Below are positions 52,330 through 64,000 of a stretch of 64,000 bases of DNA, piece by piece. Source of the stretch: Octopus vulgaris. Lineage: Eukaryota. The position numbers and the translations under genes are program-made. The notes under the pieces are model-generated. The model saw only the letters and a list, made by a program, of their open reading frames with translations. It was not told where the DNA came from and did not search any database. Location of the stretch: positions 13,888,001 through 13,952,000 of the forward strand of contig OX597819.1 in NCBI GenBank assembly GCA_951406725.2, in the 5' to 3' direction. Each line of letters opens with the position of its first letter. Position 1 is the first letter of the stretch.

Positions 52330-52880
52330 CCCATGGTGTTAAATTAATAGCGGAACATGAAGAGGGAGATTGCGTCAATGGAACAGCTAAATTACTGGGA
52401 TGACTGAAAGAGCTATGACTCTACACTTTGGAACGAAGACGGGAGGGATATGCGATGATATGCGTATGGAAGATCCTGAAGGTGTTGGCACCAAACTTTG
52501 GCTTCAAGAGTTATACCAGCCCCCCGAACTGGACGTCACTGTGCTGTTTCAAAGGCCCCAGCTATTCCGTTTAGAGTGAGGACTATGTATTGCAATAAAT
52601 TGGAATTGAAGAGCCTACTGCTATTTAATACCTTGCCAAAACATTTGAGGGATCTAAATGGAGTAAGAGTGAATGCTTTCAAGAAACAACTTGACCTCCT
52701 GCTGGCCAAGGCCCCAGATGGACCTACATCACAGCAAGAAACTCAAAAGAGGGCAGCAATGTCGAACTCATTTCTTCACCAAAAGCCAATAACCAAAGAA
52801 CGGGCATTGAAAAGGTGATAACACTGGTGGTACCCCAGCATGGCCACAGCCTTTGGGCTGAAACGTTTAAAAGAATGAAA
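52330..52880 (+). pseudogene. 3' end of a CR1-group LINE
   Basis: LYTLERRREGYAMICVWKI...LFNTLPKHLRDL...FKKQLDLLL..PDGP...RAAMSNS; short 3' UTR with a stem-loop. Confidence 0.8.
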
Positions 52881-53286
52881 ATATATATATATGAATTTAG
52901 CAGAGTAATCCATGAACTAGAAATATATCACGAGTTAATCTTTATAAATTACGAGCTAAAACAGGAAAAGCGCAAAGGAAACGTTAATTAGAAGAATAAA
53001 GTTAGTGTAATACACTGTGAAGAACAGGCAGTGCTATCCTTCGTGGAGACTGAGATTACAGTTATGTGGAAGAAAAAGCAGCATTGGTGTAGAGAGAGAG
53101 AGAATTTATAAAGAGAGTAATTAGATGAATAGATAGGTGGTGGGAAGTTGAGGGAAACAGAAATATCCTGAGTCTAACCTGTAAGCGAGACAAGTAGTTA
53201 GGCGAGCAGACAATGTAGGACAAAAGAAGTTGGCGTAAGGCTTGAAACAGAAACATTAAAAATTACTAGTGTGTATGTGTGTATGT

Positions 53287-53591
53287 GGAGGCGCAATGGC
53301 CTAGTGGTTAGGGCAGCGGACTCGCGGTCGCAGGATCGCGGTTTCGATTCCCAGACCGGGCGTTGTGAGTGTTTATTGAGCGAAAATACCTAAAAGTTCC
53401 ACGAGGCTCCGGCAGGGGGTGGTGATCCCTGCTGTACTCTTTCACCACTCTTTCTCCCACTCTTTCTTCTGTTGACCTGCTCGCTTAGCCAGCGGGGTAA
53501 TGTCATTCGAAGGCTAAAACAATGCGAACGCATTGTGACCAGCGATGTGTAACATCATCTGATGGTCTGGTCGGTCACGTGATCACGCGAT
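53287..53591 (+). mobile_element. tRNA-headed SINE family D
   Basis: Homolog of 50458-50741. Confidence 0.85.
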
Positions 53592-54096
53592 GTGTGTATA
53601 TATGCTTTCCGCAATAATCATGCACTTCATTTAAATGGCGTTGAGAAAGCTTTAAGGTTTTGCACAAGAATTCAGCTCTACGTGCAATTCATATTATAGC
53701 AGAAACGACTGTAAGCTATTGAAAATTATTATTTAACTCGTGTAAGTACTTGTGTATCAGCCTTAACTATTGTAGTTTCTTTACTTGACATAATCTTCAC
53801 AAATAGTTCCCGTTATTTCCGTTTTTTTTTTAAACATTTCCCACAATCTTTACTTAGGGTGTCTCCAAGAACCAAAGGCGGGAAATCTTTTTGCTACCAA
53901 AGGCAACTTTCAGGTGTATAGGGATCTGTGGAGACGCAGCTAGTTTGAGAAAAATAATATATCGTTAATTTTACAAACTTTTCTAATTCACAGATAACTT
54001 ATATTAATTACTGGTTTAATCTCATGGATTAACCTAATTTTTTAGAGAGTTCGTCAGGGGGCGGTTTCAAATTTGAATACAGAAAAAATTTCGCTT

Positions 54097-54230
54097 GCGG
54101 GTTAGGTGTTCTCTATCACTTTTCCTAAGTGATCTCTCGACCTGCTAGAAACAGAGGGTTAGGTGTTCCCCATCGCTTTTTCTAAGTGATCTCTCGACCT
54201 GCTAGAAATAGCGGGTTAGGTGTTACTTTA
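54097..54230. repeat. ~57-bp tandem repeat, about 2.3 copies
   Basis: GGGTTAGGTGTT...CTAAGTGATCTCTCGACCTGCTAGAAA repeated. Confidence 0.8.
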
Positions 54231-54423
54231 ATCCTTTTTGTGACCAGAGTTTTAAATCTTAAAAAGCTCGTTTATTTTATTATGATTTATTTTACTTTTC
54301 AATTTTATTCTCGGATCGCTAAAATAAGTATTAGGTTAATACTGGATCGATAAAACAACTGAAAGAACAAACAGAAAGTGGTGGCGATGTTCTCCTCCAT
54401 TCACATTCCTCCTATATTGGTTA

Positions 54424-54936
54424 CTAGCAGTATCGCCCGGCGTTGCTCGGGTTTGTAAGGGAAATAACTATATAAGCATTTTTAGAGAGTTACTTCCCTT
54501 ATAGATGCCAATTCGGGCTTTCTTAGCCATTTCTGTTTTGGTGTCTTCAAGCCATGAAGTCGTTCTAAAAGAACGCTGGTCTCCTTGACAACGCATTACG
54601 ACGTTGATTTCCTTACACTCCCTTCCCCACAGCTTCACGAGGGAGGGAAGAAGGGGAGAAGCAAACAGGTGCAGGTGTGACCATGGACGCCAACTCCGCC
54701 GCCATCAACACACGAAAAATTATGCATTAAAATGGAATAAAAAATTATGTTAAATTATTTTTTAAATCGTAGACTCATCGTAGACGCGCGCTAATACCCT
54801 GAAGGGCTTGATATGAATCACGACTATAAGATACCCGAATTTGGTTAAACTGCACCGCAAAATGTGGGAGTAGTTAGGAATCTAAATCGAAGGGGACAAA
54901 CACTCACACAACTACAGTTTTATATATATATATAGA
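54424..54936 (-). mobile_element. Non-autonomous Helitron with a distinct ~210-bp internal segment
   Basis: TC...CTAG ends, A|T target; homolog of 9641. Confidence 0.8.
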
Positions 54937-55044
54937 TGTTACAGAGATTGTTTACTTGAAATTATCAGATGTCACTGACCTCACTTCCGGTCAATTTACT
55001 GTAAACTGCCCGTAACCACGTCGTTTATATTTATAATATATATA

Positions 55045-55436
55045 TTTTTTACTTGTTTCAGTCATTTGGCTGCGACCATGCTGGAGCGCAACCTTTGGTC
55101 AAACGAATCGATTCCTAGGACTTATTCTTTGTAAACCAAGTACTTATCCTATAGGTTTCTTTTGCTGAACCGCTAAGTTACGGGGACGTAAAGACACCAA
55201 CATCGGTTGTTAAGCGATGGTGGAGAGACAAACACAGACATACAAACACACACACACACACACACACATAAATATATATATACGACGGGCTTCTTTTAGT
55301 TTCCGTCTACTAAATACACTCACAAGTCTTTGGTCGACTCGAGGATATAGCAGAAGACACTTGCCTAAGGTGCCACGCAGTGGGACTGAACCTGGAACCA
55401 GGTGGTTGGGAAGCAAGCTACTTCCCACACAGCTAC
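55045..55436 (-). mobile_element. SINE family B
   Basis: Full reverse copy. Confidence 0.85.
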
Positions 55437-55471
<35 letters not shown>

Positions 55472-55476
<5 letters not shown>

Positions 55477-55667
55477 TATATAGAAGGAGCTTCTACAGGA
55501 CTAGAACTGTTTCATTCAAGAGAAATCTTCAGGAAGCTCCTGAAGATTTCTCTTGAATGAAACAGTTCTAGTCCTGTAGAAGCTCCTTCTATATAATAAA
55601 TTAATTTTACTCTGCTATGTATTGAGTACCTTATTTACTGTGGTTAACCCCGAATCAACCCGGGACC

Positions 55668-55670
<3 letters not shown>
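55472..55670. mobile_element. Hammerhead-bearing fold-back element in (TA)n
   Basis: Perfect ~62-bp arms 55472-55533 / 55539-55600. Confidence 0.85.
55486..55540 (-). ncRNA. Type-I hammerhead ribozyme
   Basis: GGAGCUUC-CUGAAGA-UUUC(UCUU)GAAU-GAAA-CAG(UUCUAGUC)CUG-UA-GAAGCUCC; 8-bp stem I, GUA site. Confidence 0.8.
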
Positions 55671-55719
<49 letters not shown>

Positions 55720-55720
<1 letters not shown>

Positions 55721-55992
55721 GTATTTTTGTATTTTTATTCGTTTCACATCGTCCGTTTTCCGTCCTTGTTTTGTACACATTCGAGGCTTTCTTCCAAGGA
55801 ATCTAATGCGCTTGGCTTAGATTTTCCTTTGGGGCTGTCCAGGTCGGAGCAATCTCAAGATTAATCAGCCGAAATTGCGAAGATGATCCGGTTCTTGACT
55901 GAAGATTGAAGGCTTCGAATGTCCCGTCCGTGTTTTTTGTGTCGTCTTCTAAATGTTTCACGTTCTTGTCCCAGTTTGTATTTTTTTACTTT

Positions 55993-55995
<3 letters not shown>
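55720..55995. repeat. Microsatellite-embedded repeat family F
   Basis: Homolog of 7073-7290. Confidence 0.65.
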
Positions 55996-56052
<57 letters not shown>

Positions 56053-56600
56053 TAGAGAGAGAGAGACGGCGGTGCATCAGCATGGCCGCAGCTCTGAGCT
56101 GAAAAAAATATATATATATATATTGATTGTGTTTGAAAGCGAAGAAGCAGGGTTGAGAAAGATGCTCTGAATTATGAATATATCTCCATCTTTTTATTTC
56201 ATCATCTTTATATATGGTGTCCCTTTCAAAAACGTGATTTGGGGCAGCATTTCAACATGTTGTCTTCCCCCGTACTCAACCCCATGGTACACCGCATTGT
56301 GTAATCTTTACCGTAAACCATCTAACCCCGACCCCAGGCTCTCTCGATAAATTCACATAACCTTGTGTGAAGAAGTATTTAGTTAATGTTACTGCTAGGA
56401 ACCTTACATGTAGAAGACAGCAGCGGATGGGGGGGGGGAGATAGGAAGGGGGCAAGACAAAATGTAGTCGTGTCCCACCCCCCTAACTATTCCTTCTCCT
56501 TATTAAGAAGAAATACTATATAGTTCTTGTTGCTTGCTAGTTTCCTTTCGGGACATGATGCAATATTAGATGAGGTATCTGATGTGCAGAGCGCGTGCGA

Positions 56601-56653
<53 letters not shown>

Positions 56654-57017
56654 TGTGTGTGTTCGTTAAACATATCTCGCCATCCATCAATCTGTCGATC
56701 AGCTGATCAAATTAAAAACTCATTTGCCAAAAATTCCCAACCCTGTTAAAAACAGCAGCCAAATCCCCCTTTTATCACATCTTGAAAAATAAAAAGGAAG
56801 GTTACAGTGGACGACGTAGTCTTGGATATACCATATCTAAAAAGGAAAGCATGTCCGTGCCTTTGATCATACGTCTGCTGGATTAGAACTGACCGGGGGC
56901 TAAACATCACCACAACCTTATCTTTCAAACAGCTATATTTCCGGTAACTGGCAGATTGAAATGATGTATTCAGTTTTTAATATACGTGTGTAAGTAGAGG
57001 CGGTGGAATTTGAACTC

Positions 57018-57198
57018 ACGTCTGTCGTTACGTTCTGGGTTCAAATTCCGCCGAGGTCGACTTTGCCTTTCATCCTTTCGGGGTCGATAAATTAAGTACC
57101 AGTTACGCACTGGGGTCGATGTGATCGACTTAATACCTATGTCTGTCCTTGTTTGTCCTCTCTATGTTTAGCCCCTTGTGGGTAATAAAGAAATAGGT
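57018..57198 (+). mobile_element. SINE family C, 5'-truncated with a short 5' inversion
   Basis: GGCGGTGGAATTTGAACTCA (inverted piece) immediately precedes the sense unit. Confidence 0.8.
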
Positions 57199-57311
57199 AT
57201 ATTCTAAACAGAGCTCAATTCCAAGGGTCAAGGGTTGTTTTTGGTTATTGCTGCTGGTACCTCACGTCTAATTATTCCAATTTCACGTTGTTGATCATCA
57301 GGCGGTATACA

Positions 57312-57354
57312 ATCTAGTCTGATGATCGCGAACGTGAAATTCGAATAACTAGAT
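57312..57354 (+). ncRNA. Minimal hammerhead ribozyme (degenerate inverted partner at 57267-57301)
   Basis: AUCUAGU-CUGAUGA-UCG(CGAA)CGU-GAAA-UUCGAA-UA-ACUAGAU; 7-bp stem I, palindromic helix III. Confidence 0.75.
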
Positions 57355-57717
57355 GTAAGGTGCCACTTGTAATACCCCACCCTGGTACATGTACGTAAGT
57401 ATATATCAACTCTATCGATTAGATTATCGGATATTGTTTTACACCGCTGGACACAGTGCACTTCCAGTTCTTATATGGCCTTCATTTTTCAGTCTGATAG
57501 GGTGGGTAGAATGTGATTTTTTTTATCGATTACTGACGGGGAAGAGCAGTACCCTCAGCATTTTTTCAAGGTCTCTGAGACAGGTGGGGGTACGAAAGAG
57601 GGAGTGAATCTGATAGTGGGTCCCTTGGATTACTACATTTCGCTGGCCCCTGGTGTAGAGGTACTTTTTTTGTCCCGCACTGTATAAATTATATATACTA
57701 TATAATATACTATGTAA

Positions 57718-57864
57718 CAGGCGCAAGCGTGGCTGTGTGGTAAGAAGTATGTTTCCCAACCACATGGTTCCGAGTTCAGTCTCACCTTGCGCAAAGCCAT
57801 GTGAGTGGATTTGATAGACAGAAACTGAAAGAGGTCTGCCCTGTCTGTCTGTCTGTCTGTCTGC

Positions 57865-57914
<50 letters not shown>

Positions 57915-58652
57915 CCTCTACCACCGCTTGACAACCGGTGTTGGTGTGTTTACGTCCCCGTAACGCAGCTGTTCGACAAAAGAGACCATGGAATGAGTAC
58001 CAGGCTTGAAAAAAAAAATAGTACTGGGTCCGATTAATTTGTCTAAAAATTCTTGAAGGCTGTGCCCCGGGAAGGCCGCAGGGTAATAACTGAAACAAAT
58101 AAATGATAAAAGATAATACATTAATTGAGGGTGCGAGGTGGATGTGAAACCCTCAATACACGGGACAGAATATACTCCATATAATGGGGAGTTATTTTCA
58201 CGAAAGTAAATTTAATAAATTCATTTGTTGAGGGTTAGTGGAAAGAGTGATATTCGTTTCTACTTTAGGTACAATGGCTCGACGTTTTCAGGATGGGGGC
58301 CAGTCGATTAGATTGACCCCCAATACGCAACTGGTTCTTAATTTATCGACCCCGAAAGGATGAAAGGCAAAGTCGACCTCGGCGGAATTTGAACTCAGAA
58401 CGTAAAGACAGACGAAATACCTATTTCTTTACTTCCCACAAGGGGCTAAACACAGAGAGGACAAACAAGAGGCACCCTCTATATATATATATATATATGT
58501 GTGGAGGGGGGGGTGTTAAGAAACTTCTTCCCCAGGTACATGGTCCCGGGTTCAGTCTCACTGCGTGGCGCCTTGGGAAAGTGTATACTTTCGGGCCGAC
58601 CAAAGCCTTGTGAGTGGATTTGGTAGACGGAAACTGAAAGAAGCCCGTCGTA
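57718..58652. mobile_element. SINE cluster (B +, C -, B 5' half +)
   Basis: 57718-58115, 58255-58470, 58510-58652. Confidence 0.75.
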
Positions 58653-59763
58653 TATATATACCCTAATACTTCTATCTGTCACCCATATGTGATCAGTGGC
58701 TGATTTTCTATCTTCTGCCTTTTTTGCTACTGGACGCCTAGCGTGCTGGTCTACCTTTTTTTCTTTTCTCAATTCTGTTCTTTCTTTTTCTCTTCTCTAT
58801 TCTGTTCTTTATATTCAGTTGATGATTTTTTCCAGGCGTATATCTATAAATATGTATATGTATATATATTTGTGTATATATATATATGCATATATATATA
58901 TCTATAAATATGTATATGTATCTATATTATATGTATATGTATGTGTATATATATATATATGTATTTATGTATATATATCTATAAATATGTGTATGTTCAT
59001 GTGTATGTATGTATATGTACATATATATACACATATATATATATATAAGTAAAAATTATCTAAGAAATAATTCAGAGTGCGCATTAGCATATATTCAAAC
59101 AATAGATACAGGTCTATCAAATACCATGCAACATAAATTCTTGATTTATTAAAATCTTTCTGCCTGTAGATGATGTATCATAATTATCAAGTGGCAATTA
59201 AGACCAGCTGCTCTTGAGAAAGTGAAATAATCTTAAGAATCAAGAATTCTCCAAAGCTGTTGTGCCATTAAAGGAAAAGACTAGCGTATTTTTTGAAGAT
59301 AAGATAACAGTAATTACATGTGTTTCTGCCTCTATAGCTGTCATCAGCACGACAACTGTCTGGCTTTATCTCGGCGTTATTTCCACAGGCCAAGGAAGTT
59401 AGGCTTAGGTAATTTGCATAATTTATACAAGAATGAACCAAGAGAAATAACTCAAAATAGCATATACATTGGAGTCTATGAACAGGGAGAAAGGGTTTCC
59501 GTTCACGCAGGAGGTTTATTTATTCATTTATTTATTTATTTATTCGTAGTTGCTGTTTCAGCGCACTCACATTGCATTTGATCGGAATGCATAGAAACGT
59601 GTAAATCCAGTGACGCAAATGTGCGCCTGTGTATGTGCGCGCGCACAAATGCACATTGTCATCTTGATATTCATTTCCAAACACATATTACTTTTAAAAT
59701 TTTCATAGCTTGCCAAGCACCACTACTGATAGTTGCCCCGATGCCTTGCTAACATACACAAGT

Positions 59764-60260
59764 GGAGGTGCGTGGCTTAGTGGTTAGGGTGTTGGATAGC
59801 GGTGTGATTGCAGAAACGTTAGCGCGCCGGGCGAAATGCTTTCCAGTATTTCGTCTGCAGCTACGTTCTGAGTTCAAATTCCGCCGAGGTCGACTTTGCC
59901 TTTCATCCTTTCGGGGTAGATGAAATAAGTACCAGTTACGCACTGGGGTTGATGTAATCGACTTAATCCGTTTGTCTGTCCTTGTTTGTCCCCTCTGTGT
60001 TTAGCCCCTTGTGGGTAATAAAGAAATAGGTTAGGGTGTTGGACTCATGATCGTAAGATTTTGTTTTCGATTCCTGGACCGGGTGACGCGTTGTATTCTT
60101 GAGCAAAGCACTTCATTTCACGTTGCTCCGATCTGACCAGCTCACAAAAATGAATACTCCTGTGAGGTATTGGCATCCCGTCCAGATGGGAAACATATAG
60201 GCCATGGAAACCAGGAAACCGGCCCTTATAACTCGATATAATTCGAGAGGGTAACTTTTC
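59764..60260 (+). mobile_element. SINE E with nested SINE C (59797-60028)
   Basis: 15-bp TSD GGTTAGGGTGTTGGA at 59782 and 60029. Confidence 0.85.
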
Positions 60261-60387
60261 CTTCCTTAGCTTTAATATACACACACATGATGGCCTCATA
60301 TATATTAGAAAGAAAGAGTCACTGAGTGTTGCTTAAGAAATATTTTATCGGCAAAAGCTACGAAGTGACTCAAGGTCCGAGAGTGCT

Positions 60388-60812
60388 GTAGTTAGTTAGT
60401 TAATTTTTTGGCTCAAAAAGCAAAAAGCAAGGCCATGTAGGGGGGACATGGAGTTATGTACAGGGTGGTGTTCATGTAAAGAGTTCAGGCCACTTGAGGT
60501 CAAGGGAGACTTTGAACCGAACGGTCGTCGGCATCTTCACCATCTCGTCTGGCAGCTTATTCCACGGATCCGCAACCCGGACGGAGAAAGCCCCTCTCCT
60601 TCGATTGAGATGAAATCATCGCAGATAGAGCTTTTCGGAATGACCCCACAGCCGACGCTCTGGAGCAGGAGTGAAGAAGACCTCTTTCGAGAGGTTACAC
60701 TTTCCGCTTATGATGTTGTGAGCAAGAATGAGATCTCCACGGCGTCGTCGTTTTTCTGGAGAATAAAGGTCGAGCGTCTTCAGCCTTTCTTCATAAGACA
60801 AATTCTCTGTAC
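60388..60812 (-). pseudogene. 3' end of a CR1 LINE
   Basis: LSYEERLKTLDLYSPEKRRRRGDLI...FSVRVADPWNKLP...FKVSLD; (CTAA)n tail. Confidence 0.85.
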
Positions 60813-61217
60813 ATAGCATAATTTCATATTTGAGAGTCTACTTTGATATAGATTGACTTGTAATGCTATAACGAAACTCTGAGCCCTTGAGTCACTCTGT
60901 GACTTCCGCTGATTAGAATATAAGATATGTGTACTCTTTGTACTATCAAACTTCCTATGTAAAGACGTGGTCATTCACAGGTGGTACGTCTTTGATCCTA
61001 GATCTGTTTAAGGGCTGACCTGGAGCTAATAGCAACGTTGATAAAGATAATTGATAATTTATGTGAAGCGAATGAAACACGTGTTGCTGTTTCGCCCTCA
61101 GACAATCCTTGATCAATAAGACGAAGGACATTCCAGTTGTAACAGGCGATAATGTGTAGGCTTAGATATACAAAACGATGGTAACAGCTAGGATGGTTTT
61201 TTTTTGTTTTTTTTTTT

Positions 61218-61455
61218 GGCGGCGAGCTGGCAGAACCGTTAGCACGTCGGGCGAAATGCTTAGCGGTATTTCGGCTGCCGTTACGTTGTGAGTTCAAATT
61301 CCGCCGAGGTCGACTTTGCCTTTCATCCCTTTCGGGGTCGATAAATTAAGTACCAGTTACGCACTGGGGTCGATGTAATCGACTTAATACCTATGTCTGT
61401 CCTTGTTTGTCCCCTCTGTGTTTAGCCCCTTGTGGGTAATAAAGAAATAGGTATT
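61218..61455 (+). mobile_element. SINE family C (young)
   Basis: Full copy. Confidence 0.9.
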
Positions 61456-61698
61456 TCTTTTTTGTTTTCATAATTTAAACAGCAAATAAATGAAGAATAC
61501 ATTGGATAAAGCATTCGGGAATATATGTTCGAAAAGAATAAGGTTGGCCATCACGTCGAATAAGGAAAATTCAATACAGCAATTTTTAAGATGGTGACTT
61601 AAGAAAAAGTATTTTCTTAAAAATTAAATTGTCGTTCATTATATTACGTGAACAACATATATATATATGTTTGTATCTACGTATATATATATATATAT

Positions 61699-62022
61699 GT
61701 CTTTATTGCCCACTGGGGGTTAAACATAGAGGAAACAAACAAGGACAGATAAAGGGATTAAGTCGATTACATCGACCCCAGTGTATGACTGGTACTTAAT
61801 TAATCGACTCCGAAAGGATGAAAGGCAAAGTCGACCTCGGCAGAATTTGAACTCAGAACGTAGCGAAGGGCTAAATACCTATTTCTTTACTACCCACAAG
61901 GGGCTAAACACAGAGGAGACAAACAAGGACAGACAGATTAAGTCTATTATATCGACCCCAGTGCGTAACTGGTACTTAATTTATCGACCCCGAAAGGATG
62001 AAAGGCAAAATCGTCCTCAGCG
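61699..62022 (-). mobile_element. SINE family C dimer fragment
   Basis: Two internal units. Confidence 0.8.
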
Positions 62023-63212
62023 ATTTTTTGCATTTCCTGTTGGGATGGTAAGCCTGGTATCATTTTCAAATAGGTTTCAGTACCTTTTTTTTTTTATCAT
62101 TCCTAGAGATCCCACAATCACTGGTACAGTTGTCGCCTTGAAATGCCACATTTTTTTTCATTTCTATTAGCAAGTCTTTATATTTGCTGATCTTGTCAAA
62201 TTCTTTCGCTGCTATATTGTGATCGCAAGGAATACTCATGTCAATTAATAAACATACCTTTTTTGTCTGATCTTTTATAATAATATCCTGTTTATTAGCT
62301 TTTATTGTTTTGTCGGTACGTACGGGGAAGTCCCATAGAATCGACACATTTTCTCACTCAGTCACGGCTTCAGGATGGTTTTTATACCATTTGTCAGCGG
62401 TTTTGTTTTTATAATGCCCACATATTGTCCAGTGTAAATACTGGCCGATTCTGTCATGTCTTGCTTTATATTCTACAGGTGCTAAGACTACACCCTGAGA
62501 TCAGGTGGTCTATAGTTTCAATCTCATCGTTACAGAATCGGCATTTTTGGTCAGCTCCATTTTTTTTTTACATTCGCTTGGTAGTTCCGGATTAATAAAC
62601 TTTGGTCTTGTGCAGCTAATATGAAACCTTAACTCTCTGCTTTTAGCCCTGAGTGCGTGTATTTCTGGTCGACATCAGCTTGTTTGCTACGAGCCACATA
62701 CTTGCCATGCAGAGGTTTCTATTCCCATCTGCTAGTTAATTTTTCATGCGCCTTTGTCTTTGCAATTAATTTCATTTTCTTTGCAGCAGCAGTTGGCGCA
62801 TTTCCTTCAACCTGATCAATCTGGTAGGTATCTAAGAGATCAGTAGCGAATTTTTTGCTCTCTTTCAGAATAGAGTGAAGTTTTTTCGGTCTTTCATGTT
62901 TTTACAAGTTTTAGCATCCAATCGTTGGTTGTTTCAAGGTATTTGGCCAGTCCGATTGTGGTGGTTTTGTACGTAAGTTCAAGCTGGATCAAGCCTCAAC
63001 CTCCCTGAGCTCTGGGAATGTAAAGACGATCCACGTCTGCCTTTGGATGGTGCATCTTATTACAAGTCAGTAGCTTGCGGATTTTTCTGTCACTTTTCAT
63101 TATTTCACTGGTATTCCAGTTAAGCACATTTAAGCTACAGAGGACAACCGGGACTGCTAGGGAATTTATGGCTAACACCTTATTATATGCATTCAGCTCA
63201 GACTTCAGGACT
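62023..63212 (-). pseudogene. R4/Dong-type non-LTR retrotransposon fragment
   Basis: AINSLAVPV..DRKIRKLL..HHPKADVDRLYIPRAQGG; CCHC CRFC..ETIDHLISGC; RLE ILWDFPVRTD..DIII..LIDMSIP..KYKDL. Confidence 0.85.
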
Positions 63213-63228
63213 TATTATTATTATTATT

Positions 63229-63565
63229 GAGTGAGAGAGCAGTTCATGCCATCAAAGTGACACTGGGGTAAAATATACGAAGCCCAATATGCCCATCATG
63301 ACTACCCGTCTGATATGGGTACACCAGGCATATGCATCACAACCATATGTGCGCGACATGGTGATCTCATATCAAGATAAACAGCACATGACCTTGCAGG
63401 TGGGGCCCAGTTAGAATTTTCTTCAGGTTGAGTAGCCCATCCCGCTCAAACGGTCCCTGAATAAGGGTTGTTTAAGGATGTTGAAAAAACCACCCATGTT
63501 TCCAGAGGTGAATTATTCAAACCCCAAAGAATCGCTCTCAACACATGGCTATGATGCTCCCCCAC

Positions 63566-63567
<2 letters not shown>
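63229..63567. mobile_element. Repeat family G in (TTA)n
   Basis: Inverted homolog of 15210-15540. Confidence 0.75.
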
Positions 63568-63596
<29 letters not shown>

Positions 63597-63864
63597 CGAA
63601 ACTGTCATATCATCACACAGTGTTTTCTCTCTCCTAGACTCTTGTCTATCTTGATAAAGGCCGTATTTCCGAAGCGTTAAGTTTTCCTTTTCTTCACAGC
63701 AAAACTACATAGACTTTACCACTTCCCTTGCCCTGCCTTTGCGTATTTGTTGTCGATGCAGATCCACAACAAATTCCATTGTATTCTAGATTTCAACGAT
63801 ACAATGAGTGTCGTAGTCAATCCACTTATAAATTCTTTCTTGGGAAATAGATGTTATGATTTAG

Positions 63865-63950
63865 AGCATAAGTTCTCAAAGTGGGCACTACGGCCTCCCC
63901 TCCCGCCCCCGGTGGGCGTCGAGAGGGTCCAGGTGGACGCTGATGTCTAA
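63865..63950 (+). mobile_element. Possible hAT-type MITE left end
   Basis: CATAAGTTCTCAAAGTGGGC...CCCCCGGTGGGCG resembles CAGTGGTTCTCAAAGTG hAT termini; no partner end in the window. Confidence 0.35.
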
Positions 63951-64000
63951 GGAGATGATGCGGTGGTGGAGAAAAGGAGGCATTGGGAGGAAGGCAGTGG

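Noticed and set aside
53287-53365. tRNA gene
   Set aside because: tRNA-like SINE head; no proper acceptor stem and it continues into the SINE body. The same holds for the other SINE heads.
63645-63685. TTGATAA...GAAGCGTT hammerhead-like motif
   Set aside because: GAAA box is mutated and stems are poor.

Overview
AT-rich, repeat-saturated animal genomic DNA. The SINE, microsatellite and LINE repertoire strongly suggests a coleoid cephalopod (Octopus-like); this is inference. No host exon could be supported, and nearly all ORFs in the track are microsatellite or SINE read-throughs. Contents: about 40 copies of several tRNA-headed SINE families, decayed RTE, CR1-group and R4/Dong-type LINE fragments, a full-length mariner (43373-44659, open ORF but second catalytic Asp changed to Gly), other Tc1/mariner relics, non-autonomous Helitrons, and a 3.1-kb SINE-derived tandem array (~176-bp unit). 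The most interesting signal, read by eye, is a set of about 10 minimal type-I hammerhead ribozyme motifs from about 7 sequence families. They sit in 100-400 bp non-coding elements, mostly in or beside (TA)n tracts, and often as head-to-head fold-backs centred just 5' of the ribozyme (Penelope-like/retrozyme-like). One of them is fused to a tRNA-SINE head. Repeat boundaries are approximate; SINE family letters (B-H) are my own labels.
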